A stretch of DNA of 64,000 bases from a virus: positions 64,001 to 128,000 of the IMG/VR virus record IMGVR_UViG_3300045988_140928; one strand, 5' to 3'. The notes under the pieces were generated by a model, which made no database searches, was not told the DNA's origin, and saw only the letters and a list, made by a program, of their open reading frames with translations. Position 1 is the stretch's first letter. Every line of letters starts with the position of its first letter. Made by a program: the position numbers and the translations under genes. This document shows, one piece after another, positions 1-10,700 of the stretch.

Positions 1-299
1 TTATTATTCTTATAAGGGGGTAATACACTATATTCATCTTTAGTTAATGACTTAACTTCATCTCTAAACTGCTCATATGACTTTCTTCTACCACGCTTTT
101 TATTACTACATTTCGGACAACGTTGACCACATAAAAAATTATGTGGTGTCATATCAAAAACAGTCCCACATTTGATATGCTTAAAAGTAGTTTTATCATG
201 AGTTCGAGTATATTCACCTTGAAGTTCATACTCACCTCCAGTCAATAAAGTAACTTTATCATTAAATGTTTTCGTATTCCAATATATTCTTTTAGTCAT
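1..299 (-). CDS. putative homing endonuclease, N-terminal part (C-terminus beyond left edge); probably encoded inside a second terL intervening sequence
   Basis: ATG at 299-297 with an AAAGAGGT SD 8 nt upstream. The frame stays open to nt 1, so it is absent from the ORF track because it is truncated. MTKRIYWNTKTF..GEYELQGEYTRTHDKTTFKHIKCGTVFDMTPHNFLCGQRCPKCS is a Cys-rich zinc-ribbon module like the N-termini of free-standing phage homing endonucleases. It follows directly on an interrupted terL exon. Confidence 0.4.
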   Translation of the reverse strand, partial: MTKRIYWNTKTFNDKVTLLTGGEYELQGEYTRTHDKTTFKHIKCGTVFDMTPHNFLCGQRCPKCSNKKRGRRKSYEQFRDEVKSLTKDEYSVLPPYKNN

Positions 300-345
300 T
301 ATAATTTACCTCTTTTCAAGATAAATTATAACATGACAAGCTTTA

Positions 346-568
346 TAATGCTATTAAATTCTCGATACGGTCATACTCATCCAGTGCAAGTCGATCAATT
401 TTTAGACCTTCCATAGAGCTACCTTGTGAACTAGTACGGAAAATCAAATTAGAGTCTCTAATTTTCATACCATTCATTGTAGTTGTCTTAGGATCTTTAA
501 TTAAAGACTTATAATATCCAGACTCAAACTCAGGTAGAATACGTTGCTTATAGAAGTCATTAAGTTGT
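346..568 (-). CDS. terL: terminase large subunit, internal exon (Walker B region)
   Basis: My minus-strand translation is RQLNDFYKQRILPEFESGYYKSLIKDPKTTTMNGMKIRDSNLIFRTSSQGSSMEGLKIDRLALDEYDRIENL. The Walker B-like IDRLALDEYD continues the ATPase begun in 778-1140. It has no SD or start of its own, and an in-frame TAA lies at 343-345. Confidence 0.6.
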
Positions 569-796
569 CTGTAGGTTTACAAATGTAAACGTAATTTATT
601 ACGCCGTAAGACTATATCCCTATCTATATAAGATAACCTGTATATAGTCGTTAGACCTTTTTTACTTGGTACGGGATTAACTCTACTCTATAAGAGCTTA
701 GTCTTTCTTACCAGCTTTTTAAGCTTTGCCCGTTTAGCAGGTTTATTTCAATTAACATTACTGTTAAAAGCCCCACCCTATCTAGGGAATGTATAT
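569..796 (-). ncRNA. group I self-splicing intron in terL (splice sites approximate)
   Basis: About 228 ORF-less nt between the two terL exons. The minus strand carries GGTCTAACGACTATATAC and GGGATATAGTC, which resemble core elements of T4 td-type group I introns. Hairpins CGTAAT/ATTACG and GTTTAC/GTAAAC precede a terminal ...CTACAG. Confidence 0.6.
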
Positions 797-1140
797 AAAC
801 CATTAGGCTTATCAACGCTATGTATATCAAGCCAATAAATCATCTGTTCAATTCCGACTTCCGAAAAACCCAACTGACGACTTTTAATTACGCACAGATC
901 TGGATAATTAACATCGTCAATAACCATTTTCTGCCAAGGACGATGTGAAAGCGCTTTCGTAGTATCGTGATCAGGAACACTAAACGTTAATGGTTTACCA
1001 TTTATCGTATGGTGTTGAAGTAAATAATTACTAGGTCTACTCATACCCAGCACATAATTTAATTGGTCAACCGTAATAGGATCTTTAGGACCCAAGTTAA
1101 ACATAGACCTAGCCAACTTTGTTAATTGTTTACCGTCCAC
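778..1140 (-). CDS. terL: terminase large subunit, first exon (the last few codons of this ORF are probably intron read-through)
   Basis: GTG start overlaps the upstream stop. ..DLCVIKSRQLGFSEVG is a TerL-type P-loop. The ORF ends at TAG 778-780 before any Walker B, which is found in 346-568. Confidence 0.7.
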   Translation of the reverse strand: MDGKQLTKLARSMFNLGPKDPITVDQLNYVLGMSRPSNYLLQHHTINGKPLTFSVPDHDTTKALSHRPWQKMVIDDVNYPDLCVIKSRQLGFSEVGIEQMIYWLDIHSVDKPNGLYTFPR

Positions 1141-1359
1141 TTAATTATCATCTTCCTCTCGAATCTCTTGTGCTAATCTACTAATCTTTACATCAATAGC
1201 AATACTAAGCTGTTCTAAGATCTTCATTTGTTGCTCTTTAGTTAGTCCTAAGTGCTTATACTTTAGCAAAATCCGATCAATATCAGGCAAAAACGTCTCA
1301 GCACTAGTATTATCAACAACTTTCTGTAAAGACTTTCGATAAATTGTTTTTAAGCTAAT
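1141..1359 (-). CDS. small helical acidic protein upstream of terL, apparently with a non-AUG (AUU or CUG) start
   Basis: 73 stop-free codons, (I)SLKTIYRKSLQKVVDNTSAETFLPDIDRILLKYKHLGLTKEQQMKILEQLSIAIDVKISRLAQEIREEDDN. GGTGGTGA SD at 1373-1366, then TAG, CTG, ATT. No ATG/GTG/TTG is available in frame. The stop overlaps the terL GTG. Confidence 0.35.
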   Translation of the reverse strand: MSLKTIYRKSLQKVVDNTSAETFLPDIDRILLKYKHLGLTKEQQMKILEQLSIAIDVKISRLAQEIREEDDN

Positions 1360-1438
1360 CAGCTATCACCACCTTTGCACCACTTAATTATAGCATAATA
1401 AAAAAGCCTAAGAACTTAATCCTAGACTTTTTCATTTA

Positions 1439-1852
1439 CTAATCTTCTGGATAATGTACATTTAATTCGTCAAACATACCCATAGAAACACTAATAAGAT
1501 AAGAGTCACTCTTTAGTAAATCATCATCTATGGTAACACTATAAATATTAACATCATAAAGATAACTAAAAATTTTAATAGCACTAACAAAGTAAGAATC
1601 AATATTATTTAGTGCTTCTACCTTAAACCGTTCTTCACCTAAATAACCTCTAAGATCCTTATAGGTAAGTTTGAATGTAAAGGTACCCCCTAAATTAACA
1701 TATTCTTTAGACAAACCCAGTAAACACTTTTCTAGTGCGTCTGAAAAAGGACCATAGACTGGATTATTCCTCATTGCACTTGTTAAAGCCTTCTGTTTTA
1801 CCTTAGCTACATGATCTTCTATCTCTTTAAATGTAAAAGTACAACCATCCAT
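1439..1852 (-). CDS. hypothetical protein
   Basis: 137-aa ORF tightly packed in the minus-strand operon; no motif recognised. Confidence 0.6.
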   Translation of the reverse strand: MDGCTFTFKEIEDHVAKVKQKALTSAMRNNPVYGPFSDALEKCLLGLSKEYVNLGGTFTFKLTYKDLRGYLGEERFKVEALNNIDSYFVSAIKIFSYLYDVNIYSVTIDDDLLKSDSYLISVSMGMFDELNVHYPED

Positions 1853-1854
1853 AA

Positions 1855-2133
1855 TTACAACTCCCTACCGCAAAAAGGACAAAACTTAATTTCAATCTGC
1901 TCCACAATATCAGCCAATAAATCCTCATCAAAGTTGCCCGTATGCTCTACAGATAGATAAGGCTGAATAACACCTAAGTCGTCACATTCGATTGATACTC
2001 CCATTCCACTATCAGGCAAATACTCTACCTTATGAGGATAATGACAATAAGGACAGCCAGTAGAAACAGCTACCTTAGCTAATTCTTCTTTTTTAGGACT
2101 TTCTTTTGTTTGCATTAGCCAAACTCTTTTCAC
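1855..2133 (-). CDS. zinc-ribbon protein
   Basis: CPYC...CPFCG pairs. Similar architecture to the 52627-52821 ORF (CPYC...CPKCG). Confidence 0.6.
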   Translation of the reverse strand: MKRVWLMQTKESPKKEELAKVAVSTGCPYCHYPHKVEYLPDSGMGVSIECDDLGVIQPYLSVEHTGNFDEDLLADIVEQIEIKFCPFCGREL

Positions 2134-2310
2134 AACAATTTAATACAATTATAATCTAAAAAGAGCAAAAAGAAAAGCCCACAGTCCATTGGAGATTGAT
2201 AATACTGTAGGCTTTTCAAACACTATAAATACTAATATTAATAAAGAGGATAGAATCTATTAAATAAATAGATCCTACAATTATTATATTAGACTCGTTC
2301 GCAATAGATG

Positions 2311-3195
2311 TCAATAATTTTTAATTAAAATTTCATCACTTTTACCAGATTTAGTATGATAAGTTGAATTAGAATAATCCATATTAAAATGAATAACTTT
2401 AAGATCTGGATTAGCTTTAATAAACTCTGCTAAAACTTTATTCTCTTTTCCACGATGTGATAGCACATTAGACATCGCAGTCTTGATTCCAGCTTGCGTT
2501 AAATCTCTAAAATAATTTACTAACTTAACATCGTCTTCCTCAGTCCAATTAAGACCTCGCTTACCATCATTATAAGTAGCCGTAGTTAGACTATAAGGCG
2601 GATCCATATAAACTAAATCATTATCATGAATAGTATTAAGATTAATAACCTTATCATAACTTTTACTGATAAAGCGAAAGGGGTCATTTTTAACTATTTT
2701 AATGAATTCACCAAGAATATTTAATTTATTACTTAAATAACGTTTATTAACCCGTTCAGAATTAGCATAAGGCATATTATACTCAAAAGCTTTATTGAAA
2801 CGAGGCAAACCATTAAAAGAAGCAATAATCAGCAAATAGAGAGAAATGGATTTATCAAAATCATATTCAAAATAATCAGAATTATAATCAGATCTTAGCT
2901 TCAAAAATTCGTCCTTACTGGTTAAAGCTAATGACATACTCTTTAGAGCCTCAAATTGCAAAGAATTTAAAGTAGATAAGTCTCTGAACATTTGAACCAA
3001 AGGAGTAGAAAGATCATTCCAAATATGAAATCGAGCCTTAACATTTAAAGAAACATTACCAGCACCTGCAAACAAGTCAAAGAAAGTATCAATATTATCT
3101 TGTTGTAGTTCTGGTAATAACTGAGGGAGTAAACGTCTCTTACTACCCATATAATTAATTGGAGATTTAATTATCTTTTGTTTTACCATTCGCAC
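2311..3195 (-). CDS. DNA adenine methyltransferase (Dam/D12 class)
   Basis: NYMGSKRRLL, FDLFAGAGNV (FxGxG) and MDPPY motifs in alpha-class order. Confidence 0.8.
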   Translation of the reverse strand: MRMVKQKIIKSPINYMGSKRRLLPQLLPELQQDNIDTFFDLFAGAGNVSLNVKARFHIWNDLSTPLVQMFRDLSTLNSLQFEALKSMSLALTSKDEFLKLRSDYNSDYFEYDFDKSISLYLLIIASFNGLPRFNKAFEYNMPYANSERVNKRYLSNKLNILGEFIKIVKNDPFRFISKSYDKVINLNTIHDNDLVYMDPPYSLTTATYNDGKRGLNWTEEDDVKLVNYFRDLTQAGIKTAMSNVLSHRGKENKVLAEFIKANPDLKVIHFNMDYSNSTYHTKSGKSDEILIKNY

Positions 3196-3562
3196 CCCGC
3201 TTAAAATGAAGATAACCTACCTGTACTATAAAAGTAGTTACGGTACTTAAAAACATATCAATAACAACAAAAATAAAAGAATTGTCTTTAATTCCTAAAC
3301 AGGTAAATATAATTCCATAAAAGAAAATAAATATAATAGATAACCATGCTTTTAACTTTATATTGAAAATATCATTAGCAATTACTAAACCTAACATAAA
3401 AATATAAGAGGCTAATAGGATTATCCAAAAGCTAACATGAGCAAAGATTGGCAAAAATGAGACAAGCCATGTAAACACCGCCGAAATAGTACCACATAAA
3501 AGAGTTGCAGTAATAATATGTAGCCACACATAACCCTTATTTTTCACTCCACATACCTCCAA
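3167..3562 (-). CDS. multi-pass membrane protein (about 4 TM)
   Basis: Hydrophobic segments run throughout. Lies between the two methyltransferase genes with overlapping stops and starts. Confidence 0.55.
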   Translation of the reverse strand: MEVCGVKNKGYVWLHIITATLLCGTISAVFTWLVSFLPIFAHVSFWIILLASYIFMLGLVIANDIFNIKLKAWLSIIFIFFYGIIFTCLGIKDNSFIFVVIDMFLSTVTTFIVQVGYLHFKRGANGKTKDN

Positions 3563-3743
3563 TTAGACTAAAGCAAACACAGGTTGCTCCACCAGCAAAC
3601 ACAGCATTTAAAAAGCTAAAATCAACAGTAATATGGAAAAGTGAAATTAAAAATAATACACTATAACCAACAATAGCAAAAAGAATAACAATAACAGCTA
3701 AAATTAACAAACTAAAAAGTATAGCTTTAACCCATGTTCCCAT
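3537..3743 (-). CDS. small membrane protein (2 TM), holin-like in size
   Basis: 68 aa with two hydrophobic helices. No other holin candidate lies next to the endolysin. Confidence 0.5.
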   Translation of the reverse strand: MGTWVKAILFSLLILAVIVILFAIVGYSVLFLISLFHITVDFSFLNAVFAGGATCVCFSLIGGMWSEK

Positions 3744-4437
3744 TAATTCTCTCCTCTGCTAACTTAAAATAATCTGGATCTTTTTCAATTCCAATAAAAT
3801 TACGATTTAGGTTCTTACAAGCAACTCCAGTCGAACCGGAACCCATTACGTTATCTAATACAGTCATACCCTCATTAGTATATGTTTTAATTAGATACTC
3901 TAATAGATCAACTGGTTTTTGGGTAGGATGCACTGTCTTTGCTAATTTATTAAAATGAATAGCGTTAACTGGATAACGAGTACCTTTATTATCTGTAACC
4001 CAACCGGTTTTATAAGAACCCCAATTACTACTCTTAGTATCATTTTTAGCTTTATATGGCTTTCCCTTAAGCATTTGTGGATTATAAAGAGGAAGCCTAG
4101 GGTAAAAAATAGAAATAGTTTCAACAGCTTTTAATGGCATTTTCTTAGCATTAAGAAAACCAGAACCTCGATTTTTAATCCAATACCAATCATAACGATA
4201 CCATTTAGGATTAGATAATCTTAAACTAGATGAAAAAGGTTCGTCACCAAACAAGGCAACCACCCCACCCGCTTTTAGTAAACGTTTATACTGTTTCCAA
4301 AGCTGGTCCATTGGAATAATATGATCCCACTCATTACGAGTCGTCTCAAAAGGTAAATCAGCTAAAACCATATCTACACTATGGTCTGGTAAAGTCGGTA
4401 AAATTTTTAAACAATCATTATTATACAACTTAATCAA
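3727..4437 (-). CDS. DNA methyltransferase, N6A/N4C beta class
   Basis: Motif IV variant DLPF (VLADLPFETT) lies N-terminal. VLDNVMGSGSTGVAC (motif I) lies C-terminal, followed by FIGIEKD. Confidence 0.8.
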   Translation of the reverse strand: MIKLYNNDCLKILPTLPDHSVDMVLADLPFETTRNEWDHIIPMDQLWKQYKRLLKAGGVVALFGDEPFSSSLRLSNPKWYRYDWYWIKNRGSGFLNAKKMPLKAVETISIFYPRLPLYNPQMLKGKPYKAKNDTKSSNWGSYKTGWVTDNKGTRYPVNAIHFNKLAKTVHPTQKPVDLLEYLIKTYTNEGMTVLDNVMGSGSTGVACKNLNRNFIGIEKDPDYFKLAEERINGNMG

Positions 4438-4503
4438 CTAAAATAACCACCTAACCTAAGATTTATTCCTAGTTTAAGTGGTTTTTCTGATTAATTAAAA
4501 ATT

Positions 4504-5085
4504 TTATAGAGGAGTAGCTAAATCTCCTACCTCTAATTTTAGTCCTTTATATACTGCCTTATTTCCTGCTGTAGATCCTTGCTCACCACAATAGATTAAA
4601 AATTTATAAGGACCTTTGGATAAATTTGTAGGATCACCATTAATTTCAATAGTAACAGCAAGATCATTTCCATATACAGAGGTTGAAGTACCAAAATTAA
4701 TACTTAGATTATCATTAAATATTCCTACAACAAAACGATTAGTTATACCATTATCTACTAATAGATTAGCCTCTTTAATACTAACAGTAAATCTATCGCC
4801 ATTCCTTAAAGTCTTAACATCAATATAATACTGATTAAAACACCAATTATTATAATTTCCAGTTTCCTTAGTACCGTCAACTAAATACTCATCTGGAGGA
4901 TCCTTAACAATGTTAGGATTCTTAATCAAAGATAAATGTTTTTGTAAGCCTATCATATCAAACAAGGATAATTGATTTTCAACCTTAGTTAAATCACGAT
5001 ACCCGTCTGCTAATGTTTTTAATTGACTAGAAACAGTTGTTAACTTAGATTTTAATTCGTCATTATTATAATGATATTCAGTCAT
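4504..5085 (-). CDS. tail fibre / receptor-binding protein paralogue (short)
   Basis: AAGGAG SD. The N-terminal L..LA...R........L.L..M module is shared with 6137-7192, 7245-7790 and 7795-10998. The C-terminus is beta-rich. Confidence 0.55.
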   Translation of the reverse strand: MTEYHYNNDELKSKLTTVSSQLKTLADGYRDLTKVENQLSLFDMIGLQKHLSLIKNPNIVKDPPDEYLVDGTKETGNYNNWCFNQYYIDVKTLRNGDRFTVSIKEANLLVDNGITNRFVVGIFNDNLSINFGTSTSVYGNDLAVTIEINGDPTNLSKGPYKFLIYCGEQGSTAGNKAVYKGLKLEVGDLATPL

Positions 5086-5251
5086 AATAAAAACTCCTTA
5101 TACTTTTTTATTCAGTATAAAGAGTTTGTTTTTTTTTTCTTTTTGTATAGCAAAAGGTAACTACTGTAATAGCTACCTCAAAAGAAAAACACCATACATA
5201 AGTTTGACCTACTTGCTATTATAATAGCATAATTATTTAATAAGTCAATAA

Positions 5252-5674
5252 TTAAGCTTCATTAGCTTTATAATTAAGCTTATTTTGTTCCTTAAATTGA
5301 TCTGATACCATTTTATCAATATCTTTAGAGGATAAATCAATTAAATCGTCTTGATCCACTCGTTTCTTATTTTCGTCCTGTGGATCTTTATAAACAGGGA
5401 TAGAGTCATTAAAAATATCACTCATACCAGCAGGGGCTTGTGGAGCACCTGTTTGAGTATCATCTCCAGCAGATGTTTGTTGTAATAATGTATAAACAGA
5501 AGCCAAGTCCTTTAAGTCTTTAACATCAAGTTCAGAAGTTCCACTCATTGCCTGATCTAAAAGCTTCTTAGAAACCAGCTCAATAGTCTGTTTAATATTA
5601 TCAGTTGCTTGTTCTTTATCAGCCGTCTCTCCTGCTGAAATCATTTGACGAATTGAATCTGTTAAACCAGACAA
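5252..5674 (-). CDS. hypothetical acidic protein
   Basis: TTG start 6 nt after an AAGGAAGTGA SD. 140 aa. Confidence 0.55.
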   Translation of the reverse strand: MSGLTDSIRQMISAGETADKEQATDNIKQTIELVSKKLLDQAMSGTSELDVKDLKDLASVYTLLQQTSAGDDTQTGAPQAPAGMSDIFNDSIPVYKDPQDENKKRVDQDDLIDLSSKDIDKMVSDQFKEQNKLNYKANEA

Positions 5675-5675
5675 G

Positions 5676-5942
5676 TTATTTCACTTCCTTTCTTAAATAA
5701 CGGTAACAGCTATGAGGACTATAGCAAACAGAACCAGAGAAAAAAGTCCCATTTACATAATAATGAATATGTTTAACAGAGGTAACAAACTCACCTGTTT
5801 TAAATACATAGGACGTAAGAGGACGACCACAAACAGCACAATAACGAGTTTCTGTATTATGTGATTTACGTTTAAATATTCTCTTACGATCTACATGCTT
5901 AAATAATTTCTTACGCTTAATAAGAATATCGTCATAAGTCAT
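5676..5942 (-). CDS. small basic Cys-rich protein
   Basis: Start trimmed to the ATG at 5942 (AGGTGA SD 5 nt upstream). MTYDDILIKRKKLF...YCAVCGRPL. Confidence 0.5.
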   Translation of the reverse strand: MTYDDILIKRKKLFKHVDRKRIFKRKSHNTETRYCAVCGRPLTSYVFKTGEFVTSVKHIHYYVNGTFFSGSVCYSPHSCYRYLRKEVK

Positions 5943-6136
5943 TCTTATCACCTGTAATGTAATATAGGGAATTAAACCTATACAAACAAAAAGATACAAA
6001 AGTGTAAAAGAAAAGCCCTAGCTCACAAATAGCATGAGTAGGACTTAGACTAGCCTTTAATGTACTTTGCAGGGATTTGTACTTACCCCTCGCAGTAGAT
6101 CCCGTAGGATTACTACCACTCTTATAATAGATTATA

Positions 6137-7192
6137 TCACAAATTACCAATCTTAGTAAGTCTCAAATTTCTAATTTGTAAAGTATAGGGATAGAATTTA
6201 CCATCATAAATATACTTTTTTTCAGTTCTTATAATCCAACTAGTACCTTTACCCAATGTTGTGTCATCTGGATCATATTTTATATCTTGAGTATATAAAG
6301 TCCAATTCTTATGGAGATAAAAAGTATTACGACTATCCTGATACCCAGAAGAACGATCATTCCAAGCAAACCAAAATGACTGTAAATAATCACTTGTCCG
6401 CTCTACATTAGAACGATACCAAAAAGATAAGCGATAAACACCTCTTGTAATAGACGTATCAATATTAGAATGGATTGCATCTACATAGGAGTCTGCTGTA
6501 TCACCAACCGCATCTTTAGATACAGTATAATCAGCATTATTATATCCTTGACCCCAAACAGAAACCCACGAACACCATGGAACATTATTCGTTATACCTA
6601 GAGCATAATTAGTAACATCAAGTATAGGGTTACGAACTATTTTAAAATTAGTTATCTTAACACTATCAACAGAAGCTTGAACATAGAAATTACTCGATAG
6701 TACCTCACCAAACTGCACCTTATCAATAGTGTAACTTTCAACCTGATGTTCTTTGCCACTTTCTTTATTCATATAAGTCCAGCAATCAATGTAATTATAA
6801 TTACTATTGGTAACACCATTAACATTTAATTCATATCCAATACGATCCTTACTAGAATTAATATCACTAGTAGGTTTAAAACCAGACCACTCAATATCAT
6901 AACTAATAGTAATCGTACTACGACCCTTCATAAAAAGTGAATTCAGTAGATCTGTATTCTGTTTAGCCGTTCTTGAACTAAATAAAGGAGTGGGCTTGCC
7001 AGAACTCATTAATAACATATCATCACTAGTATTACTAGGAAAACTAAACCCAGTAGTATCTAACTCAATAATATTTTTAGGGACAAGATCATTAATTAGG
7101 ATATTCATTTGATTAAACGTTAATTGATCTGTTATACCATAAGCATTTCTAAAACCATCTCCAAGAGAATTAAAAGTATCTTTTACAGTCAT
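6137..7192 (-). CDS. tail fibre / receptor-binding protein paralogue
   Basis: Has the conserved N-terminal module (MTVKDTFNSLGDGFRNAYGITDQLTFNQM), then a beta-rich C-terminus. AAGGGTGG SD. Confidence 0.65.
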   Translation of the reverse strand: MTVKDTFNSLGDGFRNAYGITDQLTFNQMNILINDLVPKNIIELDTTGFSFPSNTSDDMLLMSSGKPTPLFSSRTAKQNTDLLNSLFMKGRSTITISYDIEWSGFKPTSDINSSKDRIGYELNVNGVTNSNYNYIDCWTYMNKESGKEHQVESYTIDKVQFGEVLSSNFYVQASVDSVKITNFKIVRNPILDVTNYALGITNNVPWCSWVSVWGQGYNNADYTVSKDAVGDTADSYVDAIHSNIDTSITRGVYRLSFWYRSNVERTSDYLQSFWFAWNDRSSGYQDSRNTFYLHKNWTLYTQDIKYDPDDTTLGKGTSWIIRTEKKYIYDGKFYPYTLQIRNLRLTKIGNL

Positions 7193-7244
7193 ATTACCAC
7201 CCTTTCAAATAGACGAAAAAGTGACAACATAGGAAAAAGATAAT

Positions 7245-7790
7245 TTATTCTCCCCCCCCCCTAACTAGGGTATTAGGAGTATAAGGTAAAGGGAAAGTAC
7301 CTAAATTTAACATAGGATTAGAATAGCGAATTATTCCTTTAGTATAAGGATTACCAGATAAGCCAAACTTAACAGTATCTTCTACACCAAGCTGAAATGT
7401 AACGCTAACTAGTCCTTTATTACCAGCCAAAATCCAATTATTTGAATAGGCTCCCCAAACGGGGCAACTAGCATTTAAAGCTTTATTAGCCCCAGATATA
7501 TCAGTCCATTCTACTCGATTAGACGTAGAATTATGGTCATTAGTTAAGTCTACATAAATAGAATAAGTATAAATACCAGCAGGTAGCTTTACATTATCAT
7601 AAAGAATAGCAGACCACTGATTATAGTCTACTGATAAATCTTTTACCTTACTAGTAGTATTAGACAAAAGATTGTAAGTTGTCAGTCCTGTAGCCATACT
7701 ACTCATATCGGCTAAGGAAAGCTTATTTTGATAACCAGAAGCAGAGCGTAAATTATTAGCTAATGTACCTAAAGTATCTTGTATACTCAT
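7245..7790 (-). CDS. tail fibre / receptor-binding protein paralogue
   Basis: N-terminal module MSIQDTLGTLANNLRSASGYQNKLSLADM. Ends ..NPMLNLGTFPLPYTPNTLVRGGGE, with GGG encoded by a G10 tract. Confidence 0.65.
   Translation of the reverse strand: MSIQDTLGTLANNLRSASGYQNKLSLADMSSMATGLTTYNLLSNTTSKVKDLSVDYNQWSAILYDNVKLPAGIYTYSIYVDLTNDHNSTSNRVEWTDISGANKALNASCPVWGAYSNNWILAGNKGLVSVTFQLGVEDTVKFGLSGNPYTKGIIRYSNPMLNLGTFPLPYTPNTLVRGGGE
7252..7261 (-). repeat. G10 homopolymer (C10 on + strand) encoding Gly-Gly-Gly at the C-terminus of a fibre module
   Basis: Counted directly: 7252-7261 are all C. Confidence 0.9.
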
Positions 7791-7794
7791 GTTG

Positions 7795-10700
7795 TCACCT
7801 CCTTACATTGTTGTAAAGAAACGACAGCATAAGCAAACAATATAAAACTAAGGAGTTTATACCCCCCCCAAGCGTAATATCATCTAATTGAATTAAACTT
7901 GGGGAAGCAAAGTCAGCGTCAAGTTTACCATTTAACCCAAACGCAAAACTAACAGTTTTATCATTATAAAAACTATCAGTCTTAAAGGTATAAGTAAACT
8001 TAGTCCAATCTTTTGATTTAAGGGTAAACCACTGATACCAAGATTGTGTATTTGTACTCATAGACCACCCACGTAAAAAGATGGTTCCACCGTTACCAGT
8101 ATAATCTTGAGGTAAACGGGCATAAATAGACGCTTGATAAGTACCTTTTTGATAATTTACAGGGCGTTGACTAAAATCTCGATTACCTTGAATATTACCA
8201 CGCATTCTAAAGTAATTACCAACACCCAAAGAAGAATTACCAGTATCAAATGAAACACTTCCAGTCCCATTACCGCCAGAAGCTACAACCCAACGAGTAT
8301 CAGTAAAATCTTCATTCTTAGTAACAACAAAGACATCTGTAGAAGAAGGAGAAACGTGATTTAGAACGTTACGTCCAAGTCTCCTCCCCCCCTCAGTCCA
8401 AAAGGTAGGTTTATGACCTATTTCTAACTTCGGTAAGTAAATATAAGAAACTGTAGGTACATAGTCATTATTAATCTGAGTACCAAACAATCTAACAGAA
8501 TTCATTCCTTTATTACTATTATTTCTAAGAGTTATAGATTTACGTTTAGCTGATTCCAAAGGGGTTTCATCTGTAGATCTCGTACCAGATTGAATTTTAC
8601 ATCTAGTAATCTTAAAATAAGTACCACTATTAAATATTTTAAATACTTGATCATATCCACTCATATCAAATAGTCTAACTTTATAATCTTTCTTATTATT
8701 TAATTTATAGGTAGAAATAATCTTATAGTGCACTGCATCCAATTTAATTATTGTAGCAGGTTGTGTGTCATGACCATCACCTAAAGTAAACCAAGTAATA
8801 TTCATTGAGGAGTCAAGGTCTACATTACAGTCTGTCTCAACCCAAATCGTTTGAGTATATGATTTATCTGCACTTAAAAGAGCATACATAACTTTTGAAG
8901 TATTTGTATCTTGTGTTACCAACTCACCATTATTATATGTAGTAGGCAAACTAAGATAAGCACTATTTGTATTATCTTTCCACTCGGTACTAGGTGTTCC
9001 ATACCCAAACGTAAATGGGATATTAGAATCAGCAGTATCAACAAGCGTGTCAGAAACACTTATATCCAACATACTCGTATCACCATTATTTAATATTTCA
9101 CCATCAGCTCTAACTACGTTAGGTAAGAAAGAACCACCACTAGCATTTCTTAAATACCAATTCATACGAACTGGAGTAGTCAAATTATAGCTATAAGTAT
9201 AACGAGTACCCCTTAATAATAAATCTGTATCTTGATAAGCTTCTTGCCAAGCACCAGTCAATCTAATAGAATTATGTTCTTTACCATTGATAATACTTAC
9301 ACCAGAGTGGTTAGTATCTCCACCACCATCTAAAGTCCAATCTTTTAAAGTTTGTGTATTATGGAGCATGTTTACCCCAGTCATATCACAAAGTTTTTCT
9401 CCAGCTTGGCTGGTGTAATAAGGCGGAACATCTTGATTAGTGGAAAGTTGCAATCCACCATATCTAATAGTAGTACTTTGTGACCCATTATTAAGACTAT
9501 TTAGTTCAACTCTAGGAGTAACATATCCGTCTTTAGATACATTAAAATGATAACCAATCCGTCTAAAATGATCCATATTAGGGTTACCCTTAATATCAAA
9601 GTAAGGATCAGTTGTAAAATCATATTTAATTACTGCTCTTTCAATTGACCCACCAATTGGATCTGGCATATAAGGAGTAGTGTTATCTAATAACAAAGCT
9701 ACCTTAGCGTCATTATCAGTTTGTACATAAGCAGAAATAGTATAATCTACACCGTTTTGTAGATAAACTGGTTGCGCTCTACCTGTACCGGTATCTGTAA
9801 AGTAGTAAGAACCAATCTTATTATTAGATCCTTGAACTTTGATACTAGAACCGGTTACAGTTCCTATTTTGGTCCAGACACTATCATCAGTCATATTATC
9901 TGTATCATAAAGTAGATTCATAACAGGGGATAATTCCCAACCAATAGATTGACCTGTATAAATCCACGAATGACAAACCCCTACGTCAAGGAAACTAGCA
10001 CTCTTTAAGTCTAAATGATATAAATTGTACATATACAAATTAACAGTTTCTTCCGCTTCCCAACAAGCAGTTAAGCGATAAGTGTTTAAAGCTATCTGTT
10101 CAACCGTTGCTTGGTAAACATGAGATTGACCATTATAGAAGAAATCAAAACCAGCTTTCTTGATCTGGCTTGCATCAGTCGTAATAATAACTTCCTGTTT
10201 TACTTTTTCACCTGCTGGAATATTCTTTAGTCTATCAGCAGAAGGATAGACTTGTAAATTATGATCTCCTGTAGATGAAAAATTAAATCTATAAGCTTGT
10301 GCACTAATATTGTAATTTATTAAATGACTTTGTCTATAAGAATTATTAGTACCTCTAGCTCCATCTAAATCACGATAACTAAAAATAGATAAAGAACGGT
10401 CTAAAACAGAAGCAGTGAAAGTACCGTTTGAAGTTGTAGAGTCTACAGAATTGGGAGTCCAAACGCCGGGTTGCCTACCTTTATAAAGACGTTCATTCTT
10501 TACTTGTACTTGTTCTCCACTTACTGCTTTACCATCTTGAGCAATAAGATAACATCTCAAAGTATCAGCAGTACCACTTCTCTGAATATAAACAGTTACA
10601 TCTTTATTACATTCACCGGGATTAACTACTACAGAATGACCATTAATTGGGTAGCCAGCATCAGAAGTACCTTGAATAGGTGTAGTACCTCTGCAATTCC

